Positions 26,213 through 35,467 are shown, numbered from the stretch's first letter. The stretch: DNA of 54,956 nt from a virus (IMGVR_UViG_3300006805_000037:1-54956); one strand, 5' to 3'. Notes: generated by a model not told the origin, from the letters alone. A program made the numbers and translations.

Positions 26213-26940
26213 ATGACCCTCTCCCAAGCAAACCGTATCGGATTGATTGCTTTGTAAGGCGGCAGCGACTTCTTTCGCATCAGCGCCTTATTGAACGCTA
26301 CATGATGAACTGAACCCTTGCGGCCCCAGTCTTTCGTGTTCGCGTCGAAGCAATCGTGCGTACGATATACGGTTGTCGAGAAAGCGTCGGTCTGCTTCTC
26401 AAGTAGCCCCGCGCCTTGAGCGCAGCGGCGGAAATTCCCGTCCGAGCCATAGAAGCCAGCGAAGTCTTCGTCATACCCGCCCATTGCCCAGAAGTCCGCC
26501 ACCTTCATGAGGTAGCTGTTGGGGTGAGGCCGGTCCAGCGACTCGCCAGTTACTAGCTTCTGGTTCGGCATGTAGTACGCTTTTGGCTCCGGGTCAATCA
26601 TGAGCATGGCGGCGGCTTCTTCGGCGGGCAGAATGTGGTCCGCATCCGTCATGAAAACCCAGCGTGTTTCCGCATGTTTCATAGCCAGATTGCGCGCCCC
26701 GTCTTGGTTCCAAGGGATATTGGGGACAACCCGGAAAAGGCTGAACCGAAGCGTCGAGGGCAGGCCGCCGTAGTCCCGGTAAGCCGCCTTGGCCGGGCGC
26801 TTCGGTGACCCGTCGTCGACCACGATAAAGCGCATGCGCGCCCTGAGGGCTTGGGGGTAGCGCTCCCATTCCTGAAAGTGGCGCATCAGCATATCGGCGT
26901 TTTCATAGTACGCCATGACAAAAGTACACACAGGTATCAT
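26209..26940 (-). CDS. Glycosyltransferase family 2 with GT7-like C-terminal motif
   Basis: IVVDDGS, GARNLA, MTDAD, GGYDEDFAGFYGSD. Confidence 0.85.
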   Translation of the reverse strand: MIPVCTFVMAYYENADMLMRHFQEWERYPQALRARMRFIVVDDGSPKRPAKAAYRDYGGLPSTLRFSLFRVVPNIPWNQDGARNLAMKHAETRWVFMTDADHILPAEEAAAMLMIDPEPKAYYMPNQKLVTGESLDRPHPNSYLMKVADFWAMGGYDEDFAGFYGSDGNFRRCAQGAGLLEKQTDAFSTTVYRTHDCFDANTKDWGRKGSVHHVAFNKALMRKKSLPPYKAINPIRFAWERVI

Positions 26941-27662
26941 GATGCAATCTCTGCGAAGTAGCGGGTTTTGAGTGCAGGGCGGTCGTCCTTGTAGCCCAAC
27001 GAGGAATTGCCCTCACCGAACTCATGGTCGACCAAGCATGGAATGCGGTAGCCGATGGCTAAGCCGCGCGAGCGTATCGACTCCGCGACAATGGCGTCGA
27101 CGTTCTTGTTGTACTTTCCGTTTCTCAAGAAAGCATCGAAGGTTCGGCATGCCAACAATCGCTCAGCCTGCGCTCGTGAGAAAACCAAGCACTGCGCCCC
27201 CCACGTTTTCATCCCATGGTTTGCCGGATACCAGCCGGGCATAAGCGATGCATTGCCGCGCATTCGTTCGATGTCATTAGTGACGCGCACCGGGGCATAG
27301 AGCGATAGCGCCCCTGTGCTGGCAAACTTCTTCGATTGCGTGAACGCAGAAAGGTCGTTCATGAGGACTTCGAAGGACCGGCTTGCCCAGCTTATGTCGT
27401 CCTCGCAAATCATAAGCCAGTCGGCGTCACGGCAGTACGCGAATATGGTACGCAGCGCGCGGTGCCAGTTTCGCAGATTGCCGTAGGTCTTTCCGTCATG
27501 CACGACGCCAGCGGTTGCAACGCCCAAAGTTGGGCGTGCCGGTCCATCTGCGAAAACGGTCGTGCTCACCGAAACGAACCCAGCGTCGCGATAGCTGAGG
27601 AGCGAGTCGGTGAGCGTTGGCCGTGGGCGTGGGGCAGTGATTATGCCAGTTGCTATCTTCAC
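26937..27662 (-). CDS. Glycosyltransferase (GT25/GT2-like)
   Basis: MICEDDI, WGAQCLVFS, NVD and CLVDH motifs. GTG start overlaps the upstream TGA. Confidence 0.75.
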   Translation of the reverse strand: MKIATGIITAPRPRPTLTDSLLSYRDAGFVSVSTTVFADGPARPTLGVATAGVVHDGKTYGNLRNWHRALRTIFAYCRDADWLMICEDDISWASRSFEVLMNDLSAFTQSKKFASTGALSLYAPVRVTNDIERMRGNASLMPGWYPANHGMKTWGAQCLVFSRAQAERLLACRTFDAFLRNGKYNKNVDAIVAESIRSRGLAIGYRIPCLVDHEFGEGNSSLGYKDDRPALKTRYFAEIAS

Positions 27663-28261
27663 AGCGTTACCCACCAGTATGACGCGCTCTTGAGATAGCC
27701 GTCCTTGACGCCCTTGGGCGGAAACTTCTTGACGTGATGCTCGGCTTGGATGCCGAACTCTTCCTTCACCGCATCCATGACGCCCGGCCACAGGTAGTCG
27801 TCGCCGCTCATGACGCCGCCGGGCTTCATCTTCGGAAACCACGCCTTGATGTCAGCCTTGACCGCTTCGTAGGAATGGTCGCCGTCAAGCATCAGGAAGT
27901 CAACGCTGTGGTCAGCGAAATGTTCGGAAGCCTCGACACTGCTCATGCGCATCGGCTTGATTAGATGCTGAACCGGAAGCGTGTTCTTCAGGAACGCCTC
28001 GTACGGCTGCACGGTCAGGTCCTTGTAGTGCTTGGTGTGGCGCAAGTCAGGCCCGCCGTCAGTCCATGGGTCAACGCAGGCGAAGCTGATTGGCTTCTTG
28101 CTGTTGAAGATTTCAACGCACATGAGCGCCGCCGACCGGCCCAGCCACGAGCCTACTTCGACGAATTGCGATGGCGTATCGCTGGGAGCGCGCTTAACCG
28201 CGTCGATGTATAACTGCGAGAACGCGGCCCAGCCGGGGATGCTGGCATAAAAATGGTCCAT
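27659..28261 (-). CDS. Class I SAM-dependent methyltransferase (Methyltransf_24-like)
   Basis: VEVGSWLGRS, VDPW, LDGDHSYEAV, KPGGVMSGDDY; GAGGAG RBS before ATG 28261. Confidence 0.88.
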   Translation of the reverse strand: MDHFYASIPGWAAFSQLYIDAVKRAPSDTPSQFVEVGSWLGRSAALMCVEIFNSKKPISFACVDPWTDGGPDLRHTKHYKDLTVQPYEAFLKNTLPVQHLIKPMRMSSVEASEHFADHSVDFLMLDGDHSYEAVKADIKAWFPKMKPGGVMSGDDYLWPGVMDAVKEEFGIQAEHHVKKFPPKGVKDGYLKSASYWWVTL

Positions 28262-28365
28262 GGGGTACTCCTCAAGTGTTGGGCAAAGCGAATGCTTGCC
28301 TACGCAGATAGGAAAGATGCAGTCATCAAAGGCGCAAGGTTCAGGTCCGTGCGGCATGGCATTGA

Positions 28366-28566
28366 CTAGCGCCAGTCGTCAGCGCTGCCGAAGGCAAGCA
28401 AGTAGCCTTGTGAGACCACAGTCAGCCACAGGAAGGCAGACGCGACCGTTAGGCCAAGAATTGCGCCGACGATTGCAATAGCTGCGGCGGCGTACATGCG
28501 GTTCTTTTTGTTGGCCCAGTCCTGAGCGGCTAACCAAGCACGAACCCGATTTAGGAAGTCAGCCAT
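28366..28566 (-). CDS. Small membrane protein
   Basis: Long hydrophobic segment AAAAIAIVGAILGLTVASAFLWLTVV; AGGGGG RBS. Confidence 0.55.
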   Translation of the reverse strand: MADFLNRVRAWLAAQDWANKKNRMYAAAAIAIVGAILGLTVASAFLWLTVVSQGYLLAFGSADDWR

Positions 28567-28613
28567 TTCGGCCCCCTGTTGTTTGCTACGGAAAGAACGT
28601 TACGCAAAAGCTG

Positions 28614-29504
28614 TTACGCGGCGGCCTCGTGCAGTTCGCCCATGCGGCCTAGCTCGATTTCCTTGAGCAAGACCTTCCACACGTCAACGCCGGTCTGGTC
28701 GGTGACAACATCGCAGTCGATGAAATTGCACGCGGCGAAGGCTTCCATGGCCCAATGCGCTGAGCATTCGAGAACGTACCAGCGGCCGTTCTCCCGGTCG
28801 CGCACCAAGTCCGCAACCGCCCAAGGAAGCGACTCGCGCTCGAAGAAGCGGCCGGAAAAAGCCAGCGCTGATGCTATCTCGTCGTCGACATAGTTGATCG
28901 GCTCGGCGCGCCTGCGTTCGTCATTGTACCGGCGAAGCACCATGCGCTTTCGGCCGATAGAAACGACGCGCAGGTCGTACTCGTTATTCGGGATAACTTC
29001 CTGCCACAACAGGTACCCGATTTGCTTCTGGCCGTACCGGGCCTTCAGGCCACGGTCGCTGAACGCAAACTTGATTTCAAGCTTGGCCGCGTCGTACGTC
29101 TCAACGAGCCTGACGTTGTGCGAATTCGTGCCTTCGACCGCCTTGGAATAGAACGGAAAGCAGTTTCCGCTTTCAATGAACGAGCGCGCCGAATGCGGTG
29201 TGTGAAAAACGTGCGTGCGCGGCATCCACCGGCTCAAGTGGCGCGCTTGCGCCATCTTGTCGTCGAACAGTTCGGCCGACCGCATGCCCGGTATCAGCAG
29301 CAATTCGCCGCGCAGGGATAGCTTCTGCATCATGCGTTTGTGGGCGGTTCGCACGCCGGGGTGGTGGTGCATGTGCACGAATGCCACGCCTTCGTCAGGC
29401 ATGCCGGGGTCGTCGAACATGATGGGGTCGTGCCCGCCATCCTTGGCCGCAAGGTACAAGCCCTGCCCCCAATAATGCGCGTCGTCGAAACACCAAATTT
29501 TCAT
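28614..29504 (-). CDS. ATP-grasp ligase (RimK-like)
   Basis: DDK, FPFYSK..G..S.NVRLV, LWQEVIP..YDLRV, VADLV, YVLE. Confidence 0.8.
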   Translation of the reverse strand: MKIWCFDDAHYWGQGLYLAAKDGGHDPIMFDDPGMPDEGVAFVHMHHHPGVRTAHKRMMQKLSLRGELLLIPGMRSAELFDDKMAQARHLSRWMPRTHVFHTPHSARSFIESGNCFPFYSKAVEGTNSHNVRLVETYDAAKLEIKFAFSDRGLKARYGQKQIGYLLWQEVIPNNEYDLRVVSIGRKRMVLRRYNDERRRAEPINYVDDEIASALAFSGRFFERESLPWAVADLVRDRENGRWYVLECSAHWAMEAFAACNFIDCDVVTDQTGVDVWKVLLKEIELGRMGELHEAAA

Positions 29505-29508
29505 AGCC

Positions 29509-30594
29509 CTATCTTTCTTCCAAGGTTGTGATGCTGTCAGTGGTGGTCTTCGTATCTGGGGCAAAGCGCGCGTCCCTTGCCGGAACGATAGTACAGCGGC
29601 AACGCGGGTGCGCCGGAATGAGTGACCGCGCTTCGTTGATGGTGTACGGCCCTTCGTCGGCTATATCCTCGCAGATAGGGCACACGTTGTCGTCACCAGC
29701 GGTTCTGACGCGGACCAGCTTCAGGCGGTTCAGCCGGGCCTCTTGCTGTTCGATGCGCCAAATGGTCGAAGCGCTTGGCGTTCGCGTCCTGCTGATGCGC
29801 GAGCCGAAGCCGCCGCCTGTTCTGCCGGTGATGCGGCGCTGCTTTCTGGCGTCGGCGGTCAAACCGGGGCTTGGCCGGGTTTCGGGTATCAGGTTGACGC
29901 GCGATATGCCCGCAAGTTCGTATACGTCCATCGCGGCTTCGTTGAACGAACGCACCACCATGAACTCGGAAATAGCCTTCACGCGCGCAATGCCGATTGC
30001 CTCAATGCGCCCGAATATGGCGCGAAGTATTACGCCGGGCTGCTGATCTGACAGCAGCCCATTCGCGACCACGCGCACTACCTGTTGCGATAACGCTTCA
30101 GCCACGCCCTGAAGTTCGACGTAGGTGAATTTGTGAAGCGTATTGATGCGCTCTTGCCCGGCCAGCGGGTGGAATGCCCCGGCCAGTTCTTGCGGGACTT
30201 GCGAGCGGCCGAAGGCTTCCCCCTTGGCGTACGCCGCTGCGATAAACGGCTTGAGGTATTCGCCGGAGTTTTCAAGCACGGTGTTTTGCAGCAGATTGTC
30301 GAACATGCGTTGAAACATATCGACTTTGCTAGCGCCGCCGGTCGCTATTTGCGCGGCCATCATTGACGACATAACGCTCTTGACGTTCAGACCAAGAAAG
30401 TCATTGCCGATAAGCTGCGCCCTGAGTATCGGGCGCAGGCCGTTGAGTTTGATGACCATGGCCGAAAGCATGGCCCTGCGCAGCGTTCTGGTCCCGGTCG
30501 GGTCTAGGCTACTCAGCGCCGCGTCCGAATAGACCTTTGAGCAGCATGAGCATCCAGCGTCATGCAGCATGCGCCCTTTATAAGCTAGGCTCAC
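29509..30594 (-). CDS. Minor head protein (SPP1 gp7/Mu gpF-like)
   Basis: DPTGT..LR, TAGDDNVCPIC, IPAHPRCRC; follows the portal. Confidence 0.88.
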   Translation of the reverse strand: MSLAYKGRMLHDAGCSCCSKVYSDAALSSLDPTGTRTLRRAMLSAMVIKLNGLRPILRAQLIGNDFLGLNVKSVMSSMMAAQIATGGASKVDMFQRMFDNLLQNTVLENSGEYLKPFIAAAYAKGEAFGRSQVPQELAGAFHPLAGQERINTLHKFTYVELQGVAEALSQQVVRVVANGLLSDQQPGVILRAIFGRIEAIGIARVKAISEFMVVRSFNEAAMDVYELAGISRVNLIPETRPSPGLTADARKQRRITGRTGGGFGSRISRTRTPSASTIWRIEQQEARLNRLKLVRVRTAGDDNVCPICEDIADEGPYTINEARSLIPAHPRCRCTIVPARDARFAPDTKTTTDSITTLEER

Positions 30595-32675
30595 AACTTG
30601 GTTTCCTTTGCGTCGGTCTCGCCGTTGAAGCCATCAGGCTTAAGTTCTTCGAATATCTCGGGACCGAACATCAGCACCCCTTGATAAGGCTTCACCTTGC
30701 TAAGCTTGTCCGGGCCAATGCCAGCGTAGCTGATTGTAACGTGCGGGTTGTAGTCTTCGAAGTCGAACGAGCACCCCATTTCCCGCAAACGCATATTGCG
30801 GTAGGTGAGCGCATCGCTTCCGAACACCAAGGCTTCGGCCTTGCCTAGTTGCTCCATGACGCGCGGGCCGCCCGGCTTCACGGTCAGGTTGCCCTTGTCG
30901 TCCTCGCCCCAAGATGCATCCGACATTTTGATCCAATCAACTTCAACTTTGGAAGCTATGAGCGTGACGTGCAGGTCTTCAAGAATGGACGTGAAGCCCT
31001 GCGACTTTGCCCATGCCTTCAGGTCGTCGATGTTCAGAAGCTTGCGGCTGACGTACAGCGTGCGCGGCGTGGCGTCGTCAAGCCGCTTCTTCATGGTCCT
31101 GAACATGCCCGGCTTGAAGCCGCTGTCTCCAACGGCGCGCTTGCCCGGCGTGCGCGTCATCCGCTTTGGCGTGGCCTTCGTTGCCGGGTCATTGCCGCCG
31201 CCTTCCGGGTTCATCTGATCCGGGTTGGCGTTCGGGTCGTTTTCGGAGCGCGCGGCGTTCGGGTCGTTATTGGCCGCAGCGGCAGCAGCGGCAGCAGCAG
31301 CTTCTTCTTGGGCCGCAGCGCCCATGCCATCGTACTCTTCAAGTATCTGCTCAAAGCCGGGGTACGTGCCGTCCTCGATAAGCTGGGCCTCACGCGCGTG
31401 CTTGAGCACGACCGGGTCAACAATGTTGGCGTCAACGTCAATCTTGAACGTATCGGCTTTCGACTTGTCCGTTTCCGCTTTTTCCTTTGCGGTCATCTGC
31501 CAAAGGCTGTTCCACAGATAGAACAGTTCTTCTGGATGCTCTCCCATCGCGGAAGGAATGAGCACGTTGTCCAACCGGGCCAGCGCCGGACTGATGTGCA
31601 CCTTCTGGATAGTGCCCACGTTGTCGTAGTAATTGCGCAGGTCGGACTCGCCTGTTGCAGAAAGCCCGGCCGGTGACTGGCCTAGAAAGCGGGTTGCCGG
31701 AATGTCACCGGCACCAGACGCAATGAGCAAGGCCATTTGCATCATGTCAGGCAAGCCTTGAAATGTGACGTTCTCCCGCTGCCATTCTTCTTCCTTGTCA
31801 AGCAAGAGGATTGAGTAGACGCCTTTTATCATGTTGGCGACCGCGAACCGCTTCGTCAGCTTGTCCTCGTACGCCTTGGTTGACATCTGTTCGCTGAGGC
31901 CGGGAATGCGGATGATGTCAACCTTGGCTTCCGCAACAAGCTGCGCCGAAGAATTGGTGACGATACCGGCGCTCTTGATGGCGTCCATGGTCGACTGAAG
32001 GATGCTGTCACCCCAGACTTCGCCATTCGTCATTGCGTCCTGCCGCTCTTCGCCAATGAAGCGCACGACACGCGAAGGATGGAAGCGCGTACCCTGAATG
32101 CCGCCACCGGCTTCAGTGGACGTGTAGGCGCGCTCGTAGTATTCAGGCTCGCCGAAATAGGGCGAACCAATATCCCTGACCATCGGGCCTGTGCTGACAT
32201 CGTAGCGGCTGACGGCGTGCACGAACTGAAGGTCGCCAACCTTCAGTTTGTTGTAGTCCAGTTCGTCGGCGTTCTTGCCCTGATTGACACCAAGAATAAG
32301 CGCGCCGCCGCCGTACAGCCGGGCCTTCTGTATCGCCAGCATGGTCTTGCGCAGAATGCTCAGGCTTTTTTCAAGGTCTTCAATTGCAGTGATAGCATCT
32401 GGGTCACCCTGCCAAGTTCGCCATTCGCGCGTGGCGTCGTACGGCGGGATGTTCACAAGCTTGCGGGCAACCCAGTCGGCGCGATAGGCCGCGTCGGCTT
32501 CAGCTTGCGAGAATACTGGCAAGGTGAAGACGGTTTGCATCATCTTGTCTTTTTCGGTGCCAAGCCCGCTCAGCAGGCCGGTGAGCGTATCGACCATGCG
32601 GCCCATGAAGCCAGTGCCGTCGCCGGATTGCTTCTTGCCTGCGTTGATAGGAGTCGCGCTGTTAGTCTTCGGCAT
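30591..32675 (-). CDS. Portal protein (DUF1073-type) fused to a C-terminal 2H phosphoesterase (Acb1-like) domain
   Basis: Portal motifs ARLYGGG, FHPSRV, IPATRFLGQSPAGLSATGESDLRNYYD. C-terminal domain carries LHVTL and PHVTI. Confidence 0.9.
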   Translation of the reverse strand: MPKTNSATPINAGKKQSGDGTGFMGRMVDTLTGLLSGLGTEKDKMMQTVFTLPVFSQAEADAAYRADWVARKLVNIPPYDATREWRTWQGDPDAITAIEDLEKSLSILRKTMLAIQKARLYGGGALILGVNQGKNADELDYNKLKVGDLQFVHAVSRYDVSTGPMVRDIGSPYFGEPEYYERAYTSTEAGGGIQGTRFHPSRVVRFIGEERQDAMTNGEVWGDSILQSTMDAIKSAGIVTNSSAQLVAEAKVDIIRIPGLSEQMSTKAYEDKLTKRFAVANMIKGVYSILLLDKEEEWQRENVTFQGLPDMMQMALLIASGAGDIPATRFLGQSPAGLSATGESDLRNYYDNVGTIQKVHISPALARLDNVLIPSAMGEHPEELFYLWNSLWQMTAKEKAETDKSKADTFKIDVDANIVDPVVLKHAREAQLIEDGTYPGFEQILEEYDGMGAAAQEEAAAAAAAAAANNDPNAARSENDPNANPDQMNPEGGGNDPATKATPKRMTRTPGKRAVGDSGFKPGMFRTMKKRLDDATPRTLYVSRKLLNIDDLKAWAKSQGFTSILEDLHVTLIASKVEVDWIKMSDASWGEDDKGNLTVKPGGPRVMEQLGKAEALVFGSDALTYRNMRLREMGCSFDFEDYNPHVTISYAGIGPDKLSKVKPYQGVLMFGPEIFEELKPDGFNGETDAKETKL

Positions 32676-32690
32676 TGTGTTGGTCCTTTC

Positions 32691-34166
32691 CTAGACCCAG
32701 CTTAAGGAAGTGTCATAGTTGTATTTCTTCGTAATCAGCTTGGCGAATGCGCCAGCAGCGGCGTCGACTTGGTCCTTGTACTTGCCCGTAGGGAACGTCT
32801 CGTGCTCGTTGATGAAGTCCCTATTCCAAGGCTTACGCAATAACTGGATGTTGCCGCCCTGCTGTTGCGCGGCGTACGGCTCTGCTCTGGTTTCCTTGTC
32901 GCCTGTAACCTTATCCTTGAATGCAAGCAAGCCGCTGAGGTTCTGAATGGAGCGTTCGGCCGACTCCAGTCCACCGCTGCCCGGCTCTTGCTCAAGCCAT
33001 TGTTCGGTGCGCCCATTGGCAGCATCCATTTCAGCGGTTTGCCGAATGCGGCTTTCGCGCGTGTACGCGTCCCACTGGCCGCGCACCACGTCCTCGACAA
33101 TATACATTCCGTCATTCATTAAGTGCATCAGCACGCCAGCGGTGTACGCGCCGCCGTCCATGGTGCCTGCCTTATCCCAATAGCGCACAGAGCGCTTGAT
33201 GTCCTTGCGGCTGAAGCTGGCAACTATCTTGAACTGAGCAATCGGGAAGAAGCCGCCGCCAGCGATAATCGGGTCCTGCTGGTACAGCGACTCCCACGAC
33301 GCCGCCGTGTACGCGCCCTTGCGCTCAAGTATGAATTCCTTCGACTTGAATTCGGGAAACAGAACATCGCCTATCTGGCGCGGCTCATTGTTTTCCTTGA
33401 TGCTCCTAGCCGTAGCCAAGGCCGGATAGCGCAGTACCTTAGTGTTTGGGAAATGCTGGATGAAGCGACCGGCCGGGTCGTCCATATGCCAACGCGTCAT
33501 GATCATCAGCATTCCGGCGTTATCGTCAAAGCGGCTGAAGAAGTCGTCCATCAGCCACGCCCACACCTTATCGCGGTTCTGCGGGCTTTGCGCTTCCTGA
33601 CGGCCTTTGATCGGGTCGTCGATCACGCCTAGGTCGAGCGACTTGCCGTTGATCTGGCCTTCAACGGTGGTGTTGCGGAACGAACCAACAGCATCAATGA
33701 ACTCAAGCAAGTTGCTGTTGCGTATGTAGCGGCCTGAGCGCTCACCGCCTTGCAGCGGGCTAAGCTGGGTCAGCGGAAACGTCAGGCGGTACTTTTCGTC
33801 ATCCATGGTTCTCTGAATGACGTTGTTCGTATTGACGCCAAGGTCAGCGGAGAACGAAGCGAAGATGGACCGCAATGAATTGTTCTTGCCGGATACCCAA
33901 CTCAGGAAGTCCTGAACGGCGCGGCTCTTGCCATGCTGCGGTGGTGCCATCAGCAGCATTTTCGGCCGGTGCCCATTGACCAGCCTGACATAGAACTGCT
34001 GTAGCTCGTGGCTGACTTGCTTTGCCCACCACCCACGCTTCAGCCTGTGGTCCATGAACTGCCGGAACGCCCAGAAGTTCTCGCGCGACTGCATCGCGTA
34101 GTAACGCGCGATAAGGTCGGCGTCTTCCAGCGTGTATGTACCCTTGGGCTGAAATGCGATGTTCAT
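32691..34166 (-). CDS. terL: Terminase large subunit
   Basis: Walker A PPQHGKS, VIDDP, MTRWH.DD, RYWDKA, DQVDA. Confidence 0.95.
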   Translation of the reverse strand: MNIAFQPKGTYTLEDADLIARYYAMQSRENFWAFRQFMDHRLKRGWWAKQVSHELQQFYVRLVNGHRPKMLLMAPPQHGKSRAVQDFLSWVSGKNNSLRSIFASFSADLGVNTNNVIQRTMDDEKYRLTFPLTQLSPLQGGERSGRYIRNSNLLEFIDAVGSFRNTTVEGQINGKSLDLGVIDDPIKGRQEAQSPQNRDKVWAWLMDDFFSRFDDNAGMLMIMTRWHMDDPAGRFIQHFPNTKVLRYPALATARSIKENNEPRQIGDVLFPEFKSKEFILERKGAYTAASWESLYQQDPIIAGGGFFPIAQFKIVASFSRKDIKRSVRYWDKAGTMDGGAYTAGVLMHLMNDGMYIVEDVVRGQWDAYTRESRIRQTAEMDAANGRTEQWLEQEPGSGGLESAERSIQNLSGLLAFKDKVTGDKETRAEPYAAQQQGGNIQLLRKPWNRDFINEHETFPTGKYKDQVDAAAGAFAKLITKKYNYDTSLSWV

Positions 34167-34167
34167 T

Positions 34168-34752
34168 TTAGCTGAACCTAGGGGCAGGGCGGCGGCGGTA
34201 TTCCTTCTTGTTCGACCGCAAGACCTGATTTCCGCCGAATGACATAGTGGCGTGGTGCGCGCAGTAAGGCGAAGGCCGCGAGTATCCGCCCTTGCTGCAT
34301 CTCTGGTTTCCGCAAACGATAGTCACGCGTCCTTCGGCCATGCCGACCGGCCACATGCACTGATGGTCACAAGCGTCCAGATACGGAACGTTATTGGCGG
34401 TTGGCTCGTACGGTGGCTCAGGCTTGGGCTGCTGACTGGCGACTGCCTTCGCCTTGCGTTCGATTGACTGAGCCTTCTGCGCCGGTCCACGCGGGCGCAC
34501 CATGCGCATTTTAGGGCCGTTGTGCCCGAACTGCATCACCGACGCGCGCGGGTACTTCTTGTTCAGCCCCATGCGTGTTGCTTTCGCTACCACTGCGTTT
34601 CTGGTGACCCCGGCGTTGGGATACGTGCGGTTCAACTCCATGGCTATTTCTGAAATCCTCAGATAGTTGGGCGTGCCGGGCATTGGCGCATACAATCGCA
34701 CAAGGTCCTTTTCCATTTGCTCAGGCCAGACGTACCGCTTGGGCGCGCTCAT
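34168..34752 (-). CDS. gcrA: GcrA-like cell-cycle transcription regulator
   Basis: N-terminal W.......L...IA.EL...VTRNAVV.K..R.GL and C-terminal C.WP.G.....CG......PYC.HH. Confidence 0.8.
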   Translation of the reverse strand: MSAPKRYVWPEQMEKDLVRLYAPMPGTPNYLRISEIAMELNRTYPNAGVTRNAVVAKATRMGLNKKYPRASVMQFGHNGPKMRMVRPRGPAQKAQSIERKAKAVASQQPKPEPPYEPTANNVPYLDACDHQCMWPVGMAEGRVTIVCGNQRCSKGGYSRPSPYCAHHATMSFGGNQVLRSNKKEYRRRPAPRFS

Positions 34753-34997
34753 GACTTTGCGCTCCCGGTCTTGGCGGCATAGAGCGCAAGGCGGCTTTCA
34801 ATGCCGGGGATCAATCCTTCATTGAGCATCGCCGACGCTTTGCGCGGGTCACGGTCCATGCAAGCTATCAGAACCGCAGCGAAGGCATGTTCCGCCGTTA
34901 CTAGGATTGAGGCACGGTCACTGGAAGGGTCGCGGCCATCTAATATCGCTTTGGCTGCAATGATAGCGCGCTCGGTGTCTTTCTTGCTCTCGCTCAT
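34749..34997 (-). CDS. Hypothetical phage protein
   Basis: ATGA-coupled on both sides. Confidence 0.65.
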   Translation of the reverse strand: MSESKKDTERAIIAAKAILDGRDPSSDRASILVTAEHAFAAVLIACMDRDPRKASAMLNEGLIPGIESRLALYAAKTGSAKS

Positions 34998-35467
34998 GAT
35001 TTGCTTCCTTCGATAGTTTTCTGCGGCGTGCGCACCGGCAACGGCGTGACGTCGATGAGGCTAGGCACGCGAATGCCACGTTCAGCCAGAACCTTCTCGA
35101 ATTCCTTCAGGCCCATCTCTTGCTGCCCGCTATTGGGTTGGTTCGTATTATTGATGTTCAAGTTGCCTTGTAGCTGAAGAGGAATAACCGACTTGATGAG
35201 CGTCGTAAAAGCAACGGGTTCGGCGCGCGATAGCCAAGTGAGATAGCCGACCATGCCGTCCTTGCCCTTGCCGTCATAACCGCTTTTGTCCATCGCAAGG
35301 GTGAGGGCTTCCTTGACGGTGGTCGTTATTTTGTTTTGAACGCCCTTCTCACGGCCTCCCCCGTTTCGGCTTCCTTTGGGGGTTCTGTACAGGTTTGTGC
35401 CGGGAATTCGTTCGCGTTTCTCGCTTTCTTGGCCTGTGATGGGGCGTTGTTTACGTTGCGCTTGCAT
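34994..35467 (-). CDS. terS: Terminase small subunit
   Basis: GGREKGVQNKITTTVKEAL...GMVGYL...EP.AF..L pattern, upstream of terL. Confidence 0.75.
   Translation of the reverse strand: MQAQRKQRPITGQESEKRERIPGTNLYRTPKGSRNGGGREKGVQNKITTTVKEALTLAMDKSGYDGKGKDGMVGYLTWLSRAEPVAFTTLIKSVIPLQLQGNLNINNTNQPNSGQQEMGLKEFEKVLAERGIRVPSLIDVTPLPVRTPQKTIEGSKS

Noticed and set aside
28262-28357. Cys-rich N-terminal extension of the methyltransferase (MPHGPEPCAFDDC...)
   Set aside because: A strong GAGGAG RBS precedes ATG 28261 and the extension is not needed for the fold. It cannot be excluded but is unsupported.
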